DNA of 44,182 bases. It comes from Nanobdellota archaeon (GTDB lineage: Archaea; Nanobdellota; Nanobdellia; Woesearchaeales; GW2011-AR4). The DNA lies in NCBI GenBank assembly GCA_038046185.1, contig JBBSWR010000144.1, forward strand, positions 1 to 44,182, given 5' to 3'. This document shows positions 1-8,968 of the stretch, piece after piece (the first letter of the stretch is position 1; every line of letters starts with the position of its first letter). The position numbers and the translations under genes were made by a program. The notes beneath the pieces are model-generated. The model did no database searches, was not told the origin of the DNA, and saw only the letters and a program-made list of their open reading frames with translations.

Positions 1-1193
1 ATTATGGGCAAAATAGTTCTTATTTAGCATCTACAACAACTAATGTTGATGTTGTTTTGAATACGACAAGAGCAAGCGAGGCAAATGTTACTATAATCGA
101 ATCTCTAAATAACAGCGTAGTAAACAAATTGATAAATTTTAATGTAACGGCAAATATAACCATGCTTGGAAATGATGGAATAGGCTGCAATGCTACAGTA
201 AGTTTTTCCGATGACCAGACTATAAATGTAACCTCCGGGGAAAATCTTACACATGCATTGGGGAATATTCCGTTTGGAAATTCTAAAGTTACTAACTGGA
301 GCCTAACTGGATTACACGAAGGCAGTTCTAATATCACCGTTAGAGCATATTGCGAGTTAGATGGCATAAAACTTGATAAATTGGATTTTTACATACTTCG
401 GAATATTACAATACGAAATCTAGCACCAGTAATAACAAGAATAGCAATAGTTTCACCAATTGATTTGGCAGCTGGCGACAATTTAAGTGTCGAATGTAAT
501 GCCACTGTGAATGAAAATAATACTGTAGCAGATATAAGAAATCTAAATGCTACACTCTATCAGAGTTCGATTGGCCATTATGCTCCTGATGATAATAACA
601 ACCACTATACAAACACTAGCTGCACAAATGTAAGTTCAAATACATTTGAGGCTAATTACTCATGCGGATTTAAGGTTGCATATTATGCCAATAATGGTGA
701 ATGGCAATGTAATGTCAGCGCCGTGGATTTTAGCAATGTAACTGCATTTTTTAATATTTCAACTTCTATAAATGAATTAATGGCAATTGATGTAAGCCCT
801 GCAATAATTGATTATGGAAACTTAAAGGCGACAAATGTCTCAGGTGATTTTAATGTCACAATCAGAAATGTTGGAAATATGCCAATTAATACGACTGTAA
901 GGGGTTTTGCACCCAGTGAGGGCTTGGCTTATTTAAATTTGTCAATGGTATGCGAAAGCAGCAATATATCAAATGCAAATCAAAGGTTTTCTGCTGTAAA
1001 TGGGACAGATTTTACACAAATGACAAAGCTTAATAATGATACTCAAACAATAAATTTAACTCTTCCCCAGAGAACCAACGATCTAAGTTTTGGGAATGAT
1101 TCAAATTTAACTTTTTGGAAACTGCAAGTGCCTCCTCTAAGAGCAGGCATATGCAACGGAACTTTATTGTTTGGGGCTATACCCATGGTTTGA
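1..1193 (+). CDS. Secreted/surface protein very rich in N-glycosylation sequons; 5' end runs off the window (partial)
   Basis: The frame stays open from nt 3 to the stop at 1191-1193 (the track starts it at a TTG at 57). I count about 32 N-x-S/T sequons in the 378 aa shown. The C-terminal block LTLPQRTNDLSFGNDSNLTFWKLQVP..GICNGTLLFGAI is shared with the 10991..11974 product. Confidence 0.6.
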   Translation, partial: YGQNSSYLASTTTNVDVVLNTTRASEANVTIIESLNNSVVNKLINFNVTANITMLGNDGIGCNATVSFSDDQTINVTSGENLTHALGNIPFGNSKVTNWSLTGLHEGSSNITVRAYCELDGIKLDKLDFYILRNITIRNLAPVITRIAIVSPIDLAAGDNLSVECNATVNENNTVADIRNLNATLYQSSIGHYAPDDNNNHYTNTSCTNVSSNTFEANYSCGFKVAYYANNGEWQCNVSAVDFSNVTAFFNISTSINELMAIDVSPAIIDYGNLKATNVSGDFNVTIRNVGNMPINTTVRGFAPSEGLAYLNLSMVCESSNISNANQRFSAVNGTDFTQMTKLNNDTQTINLTLPQRTNDLSFGNDSNLTFWKLQVPPLRAGICNGTLLFGAIPMV

Positions 1194-1206
1194 CAAGCGG
1201 CGTAAA

Positions 1207-2313
1207 ATGAAACGAAACAAAATAGTAAGCACATTCTTTATAATCTTGCTGATGCTGTTATTTTCAGCTGCAACCTCGAAAATAACAAATGCATATTTTT
1301 ACAACATAACTTACAACTGCTTATACGATACTTGCATCAGCGGACAAAATGCAACATGGCATGTCACACTGCTTAATGCTGGAACACAAGAAATCGAATT
1401 TATAAGAATTGGATTATTTGACTCCATAAATAAGAGTTTGTTTGCTTTTCTTGATATTCCTTTTTACCCGAACAGCGATAAAAGAGGCAACTTGATTACA
1501 GTAGGAGCCAATAAAAAGGTTCTTGTAAACATAACAGGCAAGCTTCCAAAAGCTAGTTATGGCAATAACCTTTTGATTTATTATCCCTGTTTTACTGCAA
1601 CTATCACAGACAGCTATATAATAGCCCAGGAAAATAAATATGAAACTACCCACTGCTATTATGTCAATGAAACAATGCTGGTGTACGAATGCATTTCCAA
1701 CGATAATTGCAGGAAAGAGGAATTTTGCAACTTTAATAGCTGCGTTAAACTCAACTGCAAAAATTGCCAGTATATCCAAGACCATAGATGCAGGGATTAT
1801 GAGTGCTGCAGTTCCGGGCAATGCGAATTTAATGAGACATGCTTGAATAATACATGCCAAAATTTAGCCTGTAACTTTGATGAATATATCTACAATAATT
1901 CCTGCAACGCTTTAAGCTGCGCTTTTGACGAGTTTATTTTTAATAAAACATGCATAAAAATAAATTGCGATCTTAACGAGTTCGCTTTCAACCATACATG
2001 CAGGGAATTGAACTGCAGCGATAGTGAGTACTTTGCAAATCACACATGCAAAATGATGGATTGCAAGCAGGAAGAGTATGCGAAAAATCATGCCTGTATT
2101 AAATTAAATTGTCTTAATAACGAAAGTATTTTTAATCACACCTGCAAACCCCTAAATTGTTCCTTTTTTCAGGATATCACTAATCATTCATGCATAAGCA
2201 ATAAAAAGGTTATTTTTAAACTGTCTTTAGAGATAGCAGCTATCATTATGATAGTGCTGTTTTTCGTGATAGATTTTAAAAAATTTGAGAAAAAACGCCA
2301 TGATGAACTATAA
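1207..2313 (+). CDS. Membrane-anchored cysteine-rich tandem-repeat surface protein
   Basis: ATG at 1207 gives MKRNKIVSTFFIILLMLLFSAATS (signal/anchor). C-terminal hydrophobic helix IAAIIMIVLFFVIDF is followed by a basic tail. It contains seven tandem 16-aa units, each with two Cys and an N-x-T/S-C sequon. Confidence 0.65.
   Translation: MKRNKIVSTFFIILLMLLFSAATSKITNAYFYNITYNCLYDTCISGQNATWHVTLLNAGTQEIEFIRIGLFDSINKSLFAFLDIPFYPNSDKRGNLITVGANKKVLVNITGKLPKASYGNNLLIYYPCFTATITDSYIIAQENKYETTHCYYVNETMLVYECISNDNCRKEEFCNFNSCVKLNCKNCQYIQDHRCRDYECCSSGQCEFNETCLNNTCQNLACNFDEYIYNNSCNALSCAFDEFIFNKTCIKINCDLNEFAFNHTCRELNCSDSEYFANHTCKMMDCKQEEYAKNHACIKLNCLNNESIFNHTCKPLNCSFFQDITNHSCISNKKVIFKLSLEIAAIIMIVLFFVIDFKKFEKKRHDEL
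1858..2192 (+). repeat. Seven in-frame tandem ~48-bp (16-aa) repeats inside CDS 1207..2313
   Basis: Units: NLACNFDEYIYNNSC / NALSCAFDEFIFNKTC / IKINCDLNEFAFNHTC / RELNCSDSEYFANHTC / KMMDCKQEEYAKNHAC / IKLNCLNNESIFNHTC / KPLNCSFFQDITNHSC. Confidence 0.8.
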
Positions 2314-3493
2314 AAAATTATTTGGATTTGTAATTTTAATGGCAATGTTTTCATTATTCGCGCCTTATGCCAATGCAGTCAGCATAGGGATAAGCCCAGG
2401 CCGGGTTAAATTTGAGAATGTGCTTAGAGGTGGCTATTCTGAAAGAGCCGTCACAATTAGCACCGGCGGTGAAGAGGAGTTATTTGCCTCCTATCGTGTT
2501 AGTGGAGATATAAAGGATTGGTTAAGGTTTGAGCCGAATTCTACAACTTTTAATTTATCGAGAGGCAGCCCTTACAAGCTAAAAATAATAATACAGCCCC
2601 CGCCTGATGTAAGATTAGGCAATTATTCTGGCAGTATAGAATTTATTACTGAAGGCATTGGAGGCGTACCTGGAAGGGCTGGCGCAGTGATCAAAACCGC
2701 AGTGACTTTGCTGGTTAATATTGAAGTTGGCGGTAAAGAAATTATAAATTGCCGGGCTGGGGGGTTCAACTTTAATGATGCTGAAGTTGGTTTTCCCTTT
2801 GAGTTTGATTTTACCATGATTAATGATGGCAATGTTAGGCTAAAGCCAACTCTTGCACTGGATATATGGGACCAGCCGCAGGAAAATTTACTTCTTAGCC
2901 GGAAATTTGCTGGTGATGAAGTGCTGCCTACAACTCAAAAAATAATACATGGAACAATTCCCAATAATCTAAAAGAAGGCCAATACTGGGTGAATATGGG
3001 GGTTGAGGAATGCAAAGTAAGCAGCTTTTCAACTTTTAGTGTTGTTGAGAAGGGAGGTATTGTTGATAAAGGAGATTTAAAAGAGATTATTAACAAGCCA
3101 TGGGCATACACCAATGAAACGATACAAATAAAAGCGAAATTCGAAAATTCAGGAAAAAGATCTGTATCAGCAAAATTCAAGGGCGTGATAAAACTTGATG
3201 ACAGAGTCGTTAAACTTATAGAAACAGAAGAGATAATTGTGCCAGCAGGCCAAACATCTGACTTTGACCTATTCTTTCAGCCCGAAGCGCCGGGAAGATA
3301 CGTGCTTACAGGCAGGGTAATCTACAATAAAAAATTGACTTTTGAAAAAGGCACTGTGCTAAACGTAAATACTCCGCCGGAAGAAGAAAAGAAAACTAAT
3401 CTTACCCTGTTGCCACTGTTGATTTATGCCACTATAATTGTAACCATCCTATTTATAATGCGCAAAATATTCAAAGAGAAAACAAAATTTTAG
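2300..3493 (+). CDS. Surface protein with signal peptide, beta-rich ectodomain and C-terminal TM anchor
   Basis: ATG at 2300 gives MMNYKKLFGFVILMAMFSLFAPYANA. C-terminal helix LLPLLIYATIIVTILFI is followed by RKIFKEKTKF. The ectodomain sequence style (ISPGRVKFENV.., GNYSGSIEFIT) resembles the ectodomains of the ATPase proteins at 19756 and 25551. It overlaps the upstream gene by 14 nt. Confidence 0.65.
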   Translation: MMNYKKLFGFVILMAMFSLFAPYANAVSIGISPGRVKFENVLRGGYSERAVTISTGGEEELFASYRVSGDIKDWLRFEPNSTTFNLSRGSPYKLKIIIQPPPDVRLGNYSGSIEFITEGIGGVPGRAGAVIKTAVTLLVNIEVGGKEIINCRAGGFNFNDAEVGFPFEFDFTMINDGNVRLKPTLALDIWDQPQENLLLSRKFAGDEVLPTTQKIIHGTIPNNLKEGQYWVNMGVEECKVSSFSTFSVVEKGGIVDKGDLKEIINKPWAYTNETIQIKAKFENSGKRSVSAKFKGVIKLDDRVVKLIETEEIIVPAGQTSDFDLFFQPEAPGRYVLTGRVIYNKKLTFEKGTVLNVNTPPEEEKKTNLTLLPLLIYATIIVTILFIMRKIFKEKTKF

Positions 3494-3521
3494 CATACAC
3501 AATCTGAATAATAATGCTGAG

Positions 3522-3944
3522 TTACATCTCTGCTGTTTTTACTTTAAACTGGAGCTCATGTTTTCTAATTTCCCTAATCCATATAAGCCCTATCCTAATC
3601 ATTAATTTATTGAAATTCTCAGATAACTTATAAGTCCTCTTGTAGAGGTCATAATCAATAATGCCCATGGCTCTCAGGGGAGTCAATATTCTATCATAAA
3701 ACTGCCTTTTGTTATAGGATAGTTTGACTGTTTTGCCCTTATAAGGCTCTTCATCAATTTGCGTTATAAGTTCACCCTCGTGAAGTTTTGTAGCGAACAA
3801 GGACATCTCTGTTTTACTCATCTCACTGTTGTTCTCTTTAAAACAATTAATCAGGACTTTTCCTACTATTTTTTGCTGTGAAGTCGCGAAAATTATATCA
3901 TATATATTACCAGGCAGATTATACTGATTAACCAAAATAACCAC
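3522..3944 (-). CDS. Hypothetical protein, possibly a small DNA-binding (winged-helix-like) protein
   Basis: 140-aa ORF with an apparent GTG start. It is the only minus-strand ORF in a + strand block and is divergent from the glycosyltransferase gene. No motif I can name with certainty. Confidence 0.4.
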   Translation of the reverse strand: MVILVNQYNLPGNIYDIIFATSQQKIVGKVLINCFKENNSEMSKTEMSLFATKLHEGELITQIDEEPYKGKTVKLSYNKRQFYDRILTPLRAMGIIDYDLYKRTYKLSENFNKLMIRIGLIWIREIRKHELQFKVKTAEM

Positions 3945-4328
3945 CTTACCACCCCAAAATGAACTAGATATAAACTAATATATAAATATTACGTTTTTGT
4001 ATAAAGGGTGGGTAAAACATAGAGAATTTTGAATATTATAGATTGCAACAATTTATAATTTATTTTTGACGATTTCCGACGTTTCAAAGTTTCCTATACT
4101 GACGCTGTTGCACAATTAGCCATTTTTGACATTTTTTATTGAATTTACGAGTGAAGCTTCTGGAAAAAGAAGCTCAAATAAGGGTTATGCAATAGCGTCA
4201 TACTTGTCAATTTTTATTAGATGCCCCTCATAAGTTAAAACAAAAGTTTTTAATGACTTTAAGTTCAAAATTGAATTTGGGGCAACTTGGGGTGGATATT
4301 GATGTTTGAAATAAAAAGGAACATATAA

Positions 4329-5525
4329 ATGAAAGTTCTTATGTTTGGATGGGAATTTCCTCCGTATAGCAGCGGCGGCTTAGGAACAGCTTGCTATGGT
4401 TTAACAAAAAGCTTGAGCAAACAGAATGTTGATATAACTTTTGTTTTGCCATGCTCACTTAATACATCAGAGTCTGGTTTTATAAACATAATATCCACAA
4501 ATGTTAAAATCAAATCAATAAAATCTATTTTAAGCCCTTACTTAACTTCTCAAAGCTACTATAAAATAAAAGATAAAATTCAACCGCAGATTTATGGTGA
4601 TTCTTTATTTGATGAAGTGTATAGATATTCAGAAGAAGCAAAAAGAATAGCTTTAGAAGAGAATTTTGATATAATACACTGCCATGATTGGATGACTTTC
4701 AAAGCAGGAATTAATGCAAAAAGATTAAAGAATAAGCCCTTAATTGTCCACATCCATTCTACAGAATTTGACAGAACAGGGGGCAGCTGCATAAACCAGT
4801 ATGTGTATGACACGGAAAAAGAGGGCATGGAAGCTGCTGACGCAGTTATAGCAGTAAGCAATTTCACAAAAAATAAGATTTTACGGCATTATGGCATAAA
4901 TCCAGATAAGGTTCATGTGGTTCATAACGCTGTAGAGCTTAAAGACTGCGATGGTAACGAGAATTTTGAAATTAAAAGATACGATAAAATTGTTTTGTTC
5001 TTAGGCAGGATAACCCTTCAAAAAGGACCTGATTATTTCTTGTATGCAGCAAAAAAAGCTCTAGAATATGAACCTGATATTAAATTTATTATAGCCGGCT
5101 CGGGCGACATGGAACCATTCATTATAGAGAAAGCTGCTGAGCTTGGAATTGCAGACAAGGTTTTATTTGCAGGTTTTTTACAAGGCGAGGACGTCGATAG
5201 AGCATATAAAATGGCTGATTTATATGTTATGCCGTCTGTTTCTGAGCCATTTGGAATAACAGCTTTGGAAGCAATGAGAAATGGCACTCCTATATTAATA
5301 TCAAAGCAAAGCGGCGTTTCAGAAGTGATACAACATTGCTTAACAGCAGATTTTTGGAATATAGACGATATAGCGGATAAGATAATAGCCGCGCTTAGGT
5401 ATAAAGCACTGCATCAAAGCTTGAAAGAGCATGGCTCATTGGAAGTGAGAAAATTTAATTGGGACGAGCCAGCCGGAAAATGCATAAATATTTATAATGA
5501 GTTATTAACAAAATGCGGAGGCTGA
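4329..5525 (+). CDS. Glycosyltransferase, GT-B fold, group 1 (glycogen/starch-synthase-like)
   Basis: N-terminus MKVLMFGWEFPPYSSGGLGTACYGLTKSL matches the K-x-G-G-L style donor-binding start of GlgA-like enzymes. C-terminal VMPSVSEPFGITALEAM is the E-x7-E motif of GT1/GT4-type transferases. Confidence 0.8.
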   Translation: MKVLMFGWEFPPYSSGGLGTACYGLTKSLSKQNVDITFVLPCSLNTSESGFINIISTNVKIKSIKSILSPYLTSQSYYKIKDKIQPQIYGDSLFDEVYRYSEEAKRIALEENFDIIHCHDWMTFKAGINAKRLKNKPLIVHIHSTEFDRTGGSCINQYVYDTEKEGMEAADAVIAVSNFTKNKILRHYGINPDKVHVVHNAVELKDCDGNENFEIKRYDKIVLFLGRITLQKGPDYFLYAAKKALEYEPDIKFIIAGSGDMEPFIIEKAAELGIADKVLFAGFLQGEDVDRAYKMADLYVMPSVSEPFGITALEAMRNGTPILISKQSGVSEVIQHCLTADFWNIDDIADKIIAALRYKALHQSLKEHGSLEVRKFNWDEPAGKCINIYNELLTKCGG

Positions 5526-5530
5526 TAAAA

Positions 5531-5836
5531 ATGTCTAGAACAAGCAAAGAAGATGCAAAAAATATTTTGAGTAACGTGCCGGAGGACAAAGTCTTTTGGT
5601 TAAATAATGGGGGAGTATTAAGAAATTTACAGGAACTGTCATCAGCGTTGGCTGATATTAGTGAAGAAACATTTGGATATTATGTAAATAATGAAAAAAA
5701 TGATTTTAAGAATTGGGTTAATGATGTAATTGGCGACAAAAAGCTTGCTGATGAAATAGCAAAAACAAAATCTAAAGAGCACCTATTAAGCAGAGTTAAC
5801 AAAAGGATTAATCAGCTAAATACATTAATTAAGTAA
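5531..5836 (+). CDS. Small protein with N-D-F-x-x-W helical domain (paralog 1 of 3)
   Basis: ATG at 5531 is preceded by GGAGG. Motif: NGGVLRNLQELSSAL..FGYYVNNEKNDFKNWVNDVIGDKKLADEIAK. It aligns with the products of 6027..6317 and 6397..6729 and with the C-terminus of the 19756..22095 ATPase. Confidence 0.7.
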   Translation: MSRTSKEDAKNILSNVPEDKVFWLNNGGVLRNLQELSSALADISEETFGYYVNNEKNDFKNWVNDVIGDKKLADEIAKTKSKEHLLSRVNKRINQLNTLIK

Positions 5837-5875
5837 AGAGAATTTTGAAATATATCCTTTTTGTCAAAATTCTCT
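5837..5875. repeat. Palindromic intergenic unit AGAGAATTTTGAA...TCAAAATTCTCT
   Basis: agagaattttga (5837-5848) is the exact reverse complement of tcaaaattctct (5864-5875). Confidence 0.8.
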
Positions 5876-5876
5876 A

Positions 5877-5981
5877 AGAGAACTTTGAATGTCCTAAAAA
5901 ATTGCAATGCAATTTTTGGGAACTTGAAAATCTTGGATTTTCAAGTAAATGGCAAAAATAAGGGATTATTTAAAGTTCTCT
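5877..5981. repeat. ~100-nt double-hairpin intergenic element, copy 1
   Basis: The outer arms agagaactttgaa ... tttaaagttctct enclose the hairpins aaaaattgca/tgcaattttt and acttgaaaatc/gattttcaagt. It is homologous to 29961..30056. Confidence 0.75.
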
Positions 5982-6026
5982 AAAGATTATCCAGCAAATT
6001 TAAATGTCAAATAAAAGGTGGTAAAA

Positions 6027-6317
6027 ATGGTTATTAAAAATTTAGTTTTTGATTGTGAAGAAGAGTGCGGCTTTAAGCTGGCTAATGGGGGAATATTAAG
6101 AAATTTAAATGACCTTAATGGCAGTTTGGATGAGATGGATGAAGGTGTTTTTAGGCATCACGTAACTGACGAAAAAAATGACTTTGGCAATTGGGTAAGG
6201 GAGGTTTTAGGGGACGAAAAGCTTGCAGACGATTTAGCCATAGCAAAAAACAAAAACATGGCTCAAGTGGCAGTTCTGAAAAGAATGATTGAATTGGTAA
6301 AAGATATCATTAAATAA
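6027..6317 (+). CDS. Small protein with N-D-F-x-x-W helical domain (paralog 2 of 3)
   Basis: ATG at 6027 follows AGGTGG. Motif: NGGILRNLNDLNGSL..FRHHVTDEKNDFGNWVREVLGDEKLADDLA. Confidence 0.7.
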   Translation: MVIKNLVFDCEEECGFKLANGGILRNLNDLNGSLDEMDEGVFRHHVTDEKNDFGNWVREVLGDEKLADDLAIAKNKNMAQVAVLKRMIELVKDIIK

Positions 6318-6396
6318 AAATATAATAGATTATGGTAAAATTTCATGACTAATCGAAAGGTTTATATTGCTTTCAATTTAAATTGCTGGCGGTCAA

Positions 6397-6729
6397 ATGA
6401 AAAAAAAAGGCGGAAAAATCAGGGTTAGGAAAAAAGGCAGTTATAAAAGGACATTAAGGCTATCCGATACAAAACCAGAGTTCTATTTTAAGTTGATTAA
6501 TGGTAAAAGCATAAAAAATATTTTGGGTTTAGCAGATGATTTGGATAAAATACCGGATGAAGTACTTTATCATCATGTAAACCCGCAAAGAAATGATTTC
6601 AGTAATTGGCTCAGGGATATTTTTAAGCAGAAAAAGTTAGCAGACGAAATATCAAAAGTGCAAAGCAGGCTGGAAATCCAGGTAATTTTATTAAAGTTTA
6701 TTGTCAAACAATTAAAAAGGTTACGCTAA
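6397..6729 (+). CDS. Small protein with N-D-F-x-x-W helical domain (paralog 3 of 3), basic N-terminal extension
   Basis: Motif: NGKSIKNILGLADDL..LYHHVNPQRNDFSNWLRDIFKQKKLADEISK. N-terminus is MKKKGGKIRVRKKGSYKR. Confidence 0.7.
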   Translation: MKKKGGKIRVRKKGSYKRTLRLSDTKPEFYFKLINGKSIKNILGLADDLDKIPDEVLYHHVNPQRNDFSNWLRDIFKQKKLADEISKVQSRLEIQVILLKFIVKQLKRLR

Positions 6730-6731
6730 AG

Positions 6732-8417
6732 ATGAGCCGCACAAAAAAAATCTCAATTTTGTTTTTATTTTTGATATTTTTGCTGCAATCGGTAATCGCA
6801 GCTGAACCGGACAGGATTCTATCAAACTCAGAAGACTGGAGGGATGTTTATTCAGTAATACTTTACGGAAACTTAGTGGGCAAGCAAGCCAGCTTTTTAG
6901 TTAGCGATAGGCATGCAACCCTTATACTTAACCAAATACCAAAATACAGCCACATATGGGCAATTAGTTCAAAAAAAGTCCCTTATGTAGTTGGATACAA
7001 AAATCTTTTGGAAAGCAAGGGGTATACAGCAGAGGAATTTGCTTATGATAATGCAAATTTGGAGCTTGCAAAGAAGTTAGGGGAGATAACTAATTTCATA
7101 ATAATTGATGACTCTTATGGGTATAATGCGATTTCAGTTGCCCCTTATACAGTTACTGCAAAGTATTATGTATTATTTGCTGATAAAGATAATATCAAAG
7201 ATGTTGATAAATTTCTAAGTGGAAGGAAGGTAAACAAGATTTTGCTTTACGGGAACTTGGACAGAGAAGTTAAAAATACACTTTCTAAGTATAATCCTGA
7301 GATAATAAATAAAGAGGGCGACAGATTTCTTAATAACATAGAGATAGTAAAGAAGTATCAGGAGATAAAGCATTCTAAACAGGCAGTCCTAACAAATGGG
7401 GAGTTTATTGAGCATGAGATAATGTCCGGTGCAGAGCCGGTTATCTTTATTGGGACTAACAATGTTCCTGATGCTGTTAGAGATTATATAAAAAGCAGTG
7501 ATATTGAAGTTGGCGTATTAATAGGAAATGAGCTGGTTGGCACAGCAACTTTCATAAGAAGGCAAATCGGCATTAGCGTTTTCGTTAAATTTGCCCAAGG
7601 CGCAAGAGCGCCGCAGGGGGCAATTTCACAGGTCGAAGCATTAGACATGTTTTATCTGCCAACATCCAATTTGAATTTAGAGGTAGAATCTATAAAATAT
7701 AATAAAGCAACAAACAAGCTGGAAGTGACTGTTAAAAATACAGAAGCTCAGGCGGTTTATTTCATAGGAACTTACTCTTTGACCGCCTCCGACGGCGCAA
7801 AACAAACTATGGGAGATATAGGGGTAAATTTTATTGATGGAAAGGAGACAAAAACACTGACTTATGACGTAGAGACAATGCCTGATGGCGATATAGGCGT
7901 GGACATTTTTATTATTTACGGCGAATCAAAAGGCTCTCTTGAGAAGGAAATAAGAAAGAGTATGCAAGTGCAGACTGTAAGAGTTTTAGACGAATGCCAA
8001 GTTGAAATCAAAGAAACTATGTTCAACAAGGGAAATAAGCAATTCTATATTGCTGTTGAGAATACTGGGAAGGTTGACTGCTATGTTGATGCCGAAATTA
8101 TTGACATCCTGATTGCCGGAGAGAAATCAACTTTTGGGCTGGATAATCCGTCATTTTTAAACAGCGGCAGCAAAAAGAACTTGATAATAAAAGTTGATAA
8201 TTTGCAAGAAGAGGACTTGGCAGACAATGAAAAAATAAAGGTACGGGCTTATTATGGGGAAAGAGAGGGCACTTTAGTAAAAGTGATTGAGGGCACTTTC
8301 GAGCTGATAGTGAAGAGTATTGATTACTTATTCTATTCATTACTTTTAGTGATAATTTTGTTAGTCATTTTGATTATATGGAAAAGACGAAAAAGGAAGG
8401 AAGAAAAAAGCCATTAA
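6732..8417 (+). CDS. Large secreted protein with signal peptide and C-terminal TM anchor
   Basis: Starts 2 nt after the previous stop. Signal-like ISILFLFLIFLLQSVIAAEP. C-terminal helix LLLVIILLVILIIW is followed by KRRKRKEEK. The N-terminal half vaguely resembles cell-wall-binding repeat modules (unverified). Confidence 0.65.
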   Translation: MSRTKKISILFLFLIFLLQSVIAAEPDRILSNSEDWRDVYSVILYGNLVGKQASFLVSDRHATLILNQIPKYSHIWAISSKKVPYVVGYKNLLESKGYTAEEFAYDNANLELAKKLGEITNFIIIDDSYGYNAISVAPYTVTAKYYVLFADKDNIKDVDKFLSGRKVNKILLYGNLDREVKNTLSKYNPEIINKEGDRFLNNIEIVKKYQEIKHSKQAVLTNGEFIEHEIMSGAEPVIFIGTNNVPDAVRDYIKSSDIEVGVLIGNELVGTATFIRRQIGISVFVKFAQGARAPQGAISQVEALDMFYLPTSNLNLEVESIKYNKATNKLEVTVKNTEAQAVYFIGTYSLTASDGAKQTMGDIGVNFIDGKETKTLTYDVETMPDGDIGVDIFIIYGESKGSLEKEIRKSMQVQTVRVLDECQVEIKETMFNKGNKQFYIAVENTGKVDCYVDAEIIDILIAGEKSTFGLDNPSFLNSGSKKNLIIKVDNLQEEDLADNEKIKVRAYYGEREGTLVKVIEGTFELIVKSIDYLFYSLLLVIILLVILIIWKRRKRKEEKSH

Positions 8418-8950
8418 GTTTTTTGTAGTTTTTATTTCTTCGTTTTTACCAAAACATAAAAATTGCTGTTGGTATAGCAAAATACACAAGTTCTTAGGCA
8501 TAATTATGCCTTTTGCTTGTCAAAAATCAGAGATTCGTCAGAAGTGAAACATTTTCGACATGCGAGTGTTCGAAAATTCTATATAAAATTTTTGATATAT
8601 TACGAACGGACAACAATTGTCTAATTATTTTTGTCCGTGAGTATAGCCCCATCTTTGCAGATGCCAATTCCTGCTCTTTTATAGATTTCTATAGGGAATT
8701 TTAAAATATTATCAATTATTTAAAAATTACTAATTTTTAAACAAAGCAAATCAGAGATTTGCTAGTCTCGAAAATCTATGATTTTCGAAATTTCAAAAAC
8801 CCAATGGGTTTTCTCTACGCTAAAGTTCTCTTTAACTCCATTTACAAATGAAAAAAGTTCATTATTAAAAAATTTTACTCTATAATTATGTCAATACTTA
8901 ATTTTCTCTTTAATTATTTTAGTTTAAAAATTACAATAATACAGTAGAAA

Positions 8951-8968
8951 ACGAAACATTTAAATATA
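8951..8968 (+). promoter_or_regulatory. BRE/TATA-like promoter box upstream of the ArsR-family gene
   Basis: acgaaacatttaaatata lies 44 bp upstream of the 9012 start. The same box occurs at 15002 and 25222. Confidence 0.55.

Noticed and set aside
20-367. Antisense or shadow ORFs nested in long CDSs. Examples: 20..367, 1414..1860, 2623..2832, 4592..4867, 16304..16489, 18077..18406, 19953..20300, 23520..23783, 26189..26512, 28138..28521, 29126..29605, 30370..30750, 37742..39250, 43283..43555.
   Set aside because: Each lies wholly inside a much longer opposite-strand or alternate-frame ORF that has recognisable motifs. Their products are low-complexity Leu/Ser/Phe-rich strings, typical of antisense frames in AT-rich coding DNA.
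8513-8704. 63-aa ORF in the long intergenic region.
   Set aside because: It has a non-ATG start, no upstream promoter or SD-like signal, and it runs across several palindromes. It looks like a chance open frame.
8768-8788. A 15-nt palindrome, aaaatctatgatttt, is shared between this intergenic hairpin and the T-arm insertion of tRNA-Ala (37172-37186). I considered it as evidence that the tRNA insertions derive from the repeat family.
   Set aside because: A single 15-mer AT-rich palindromic match found post hoc in 44 kb of AT-rich DNA is within chance expectation. The flanks do not match.
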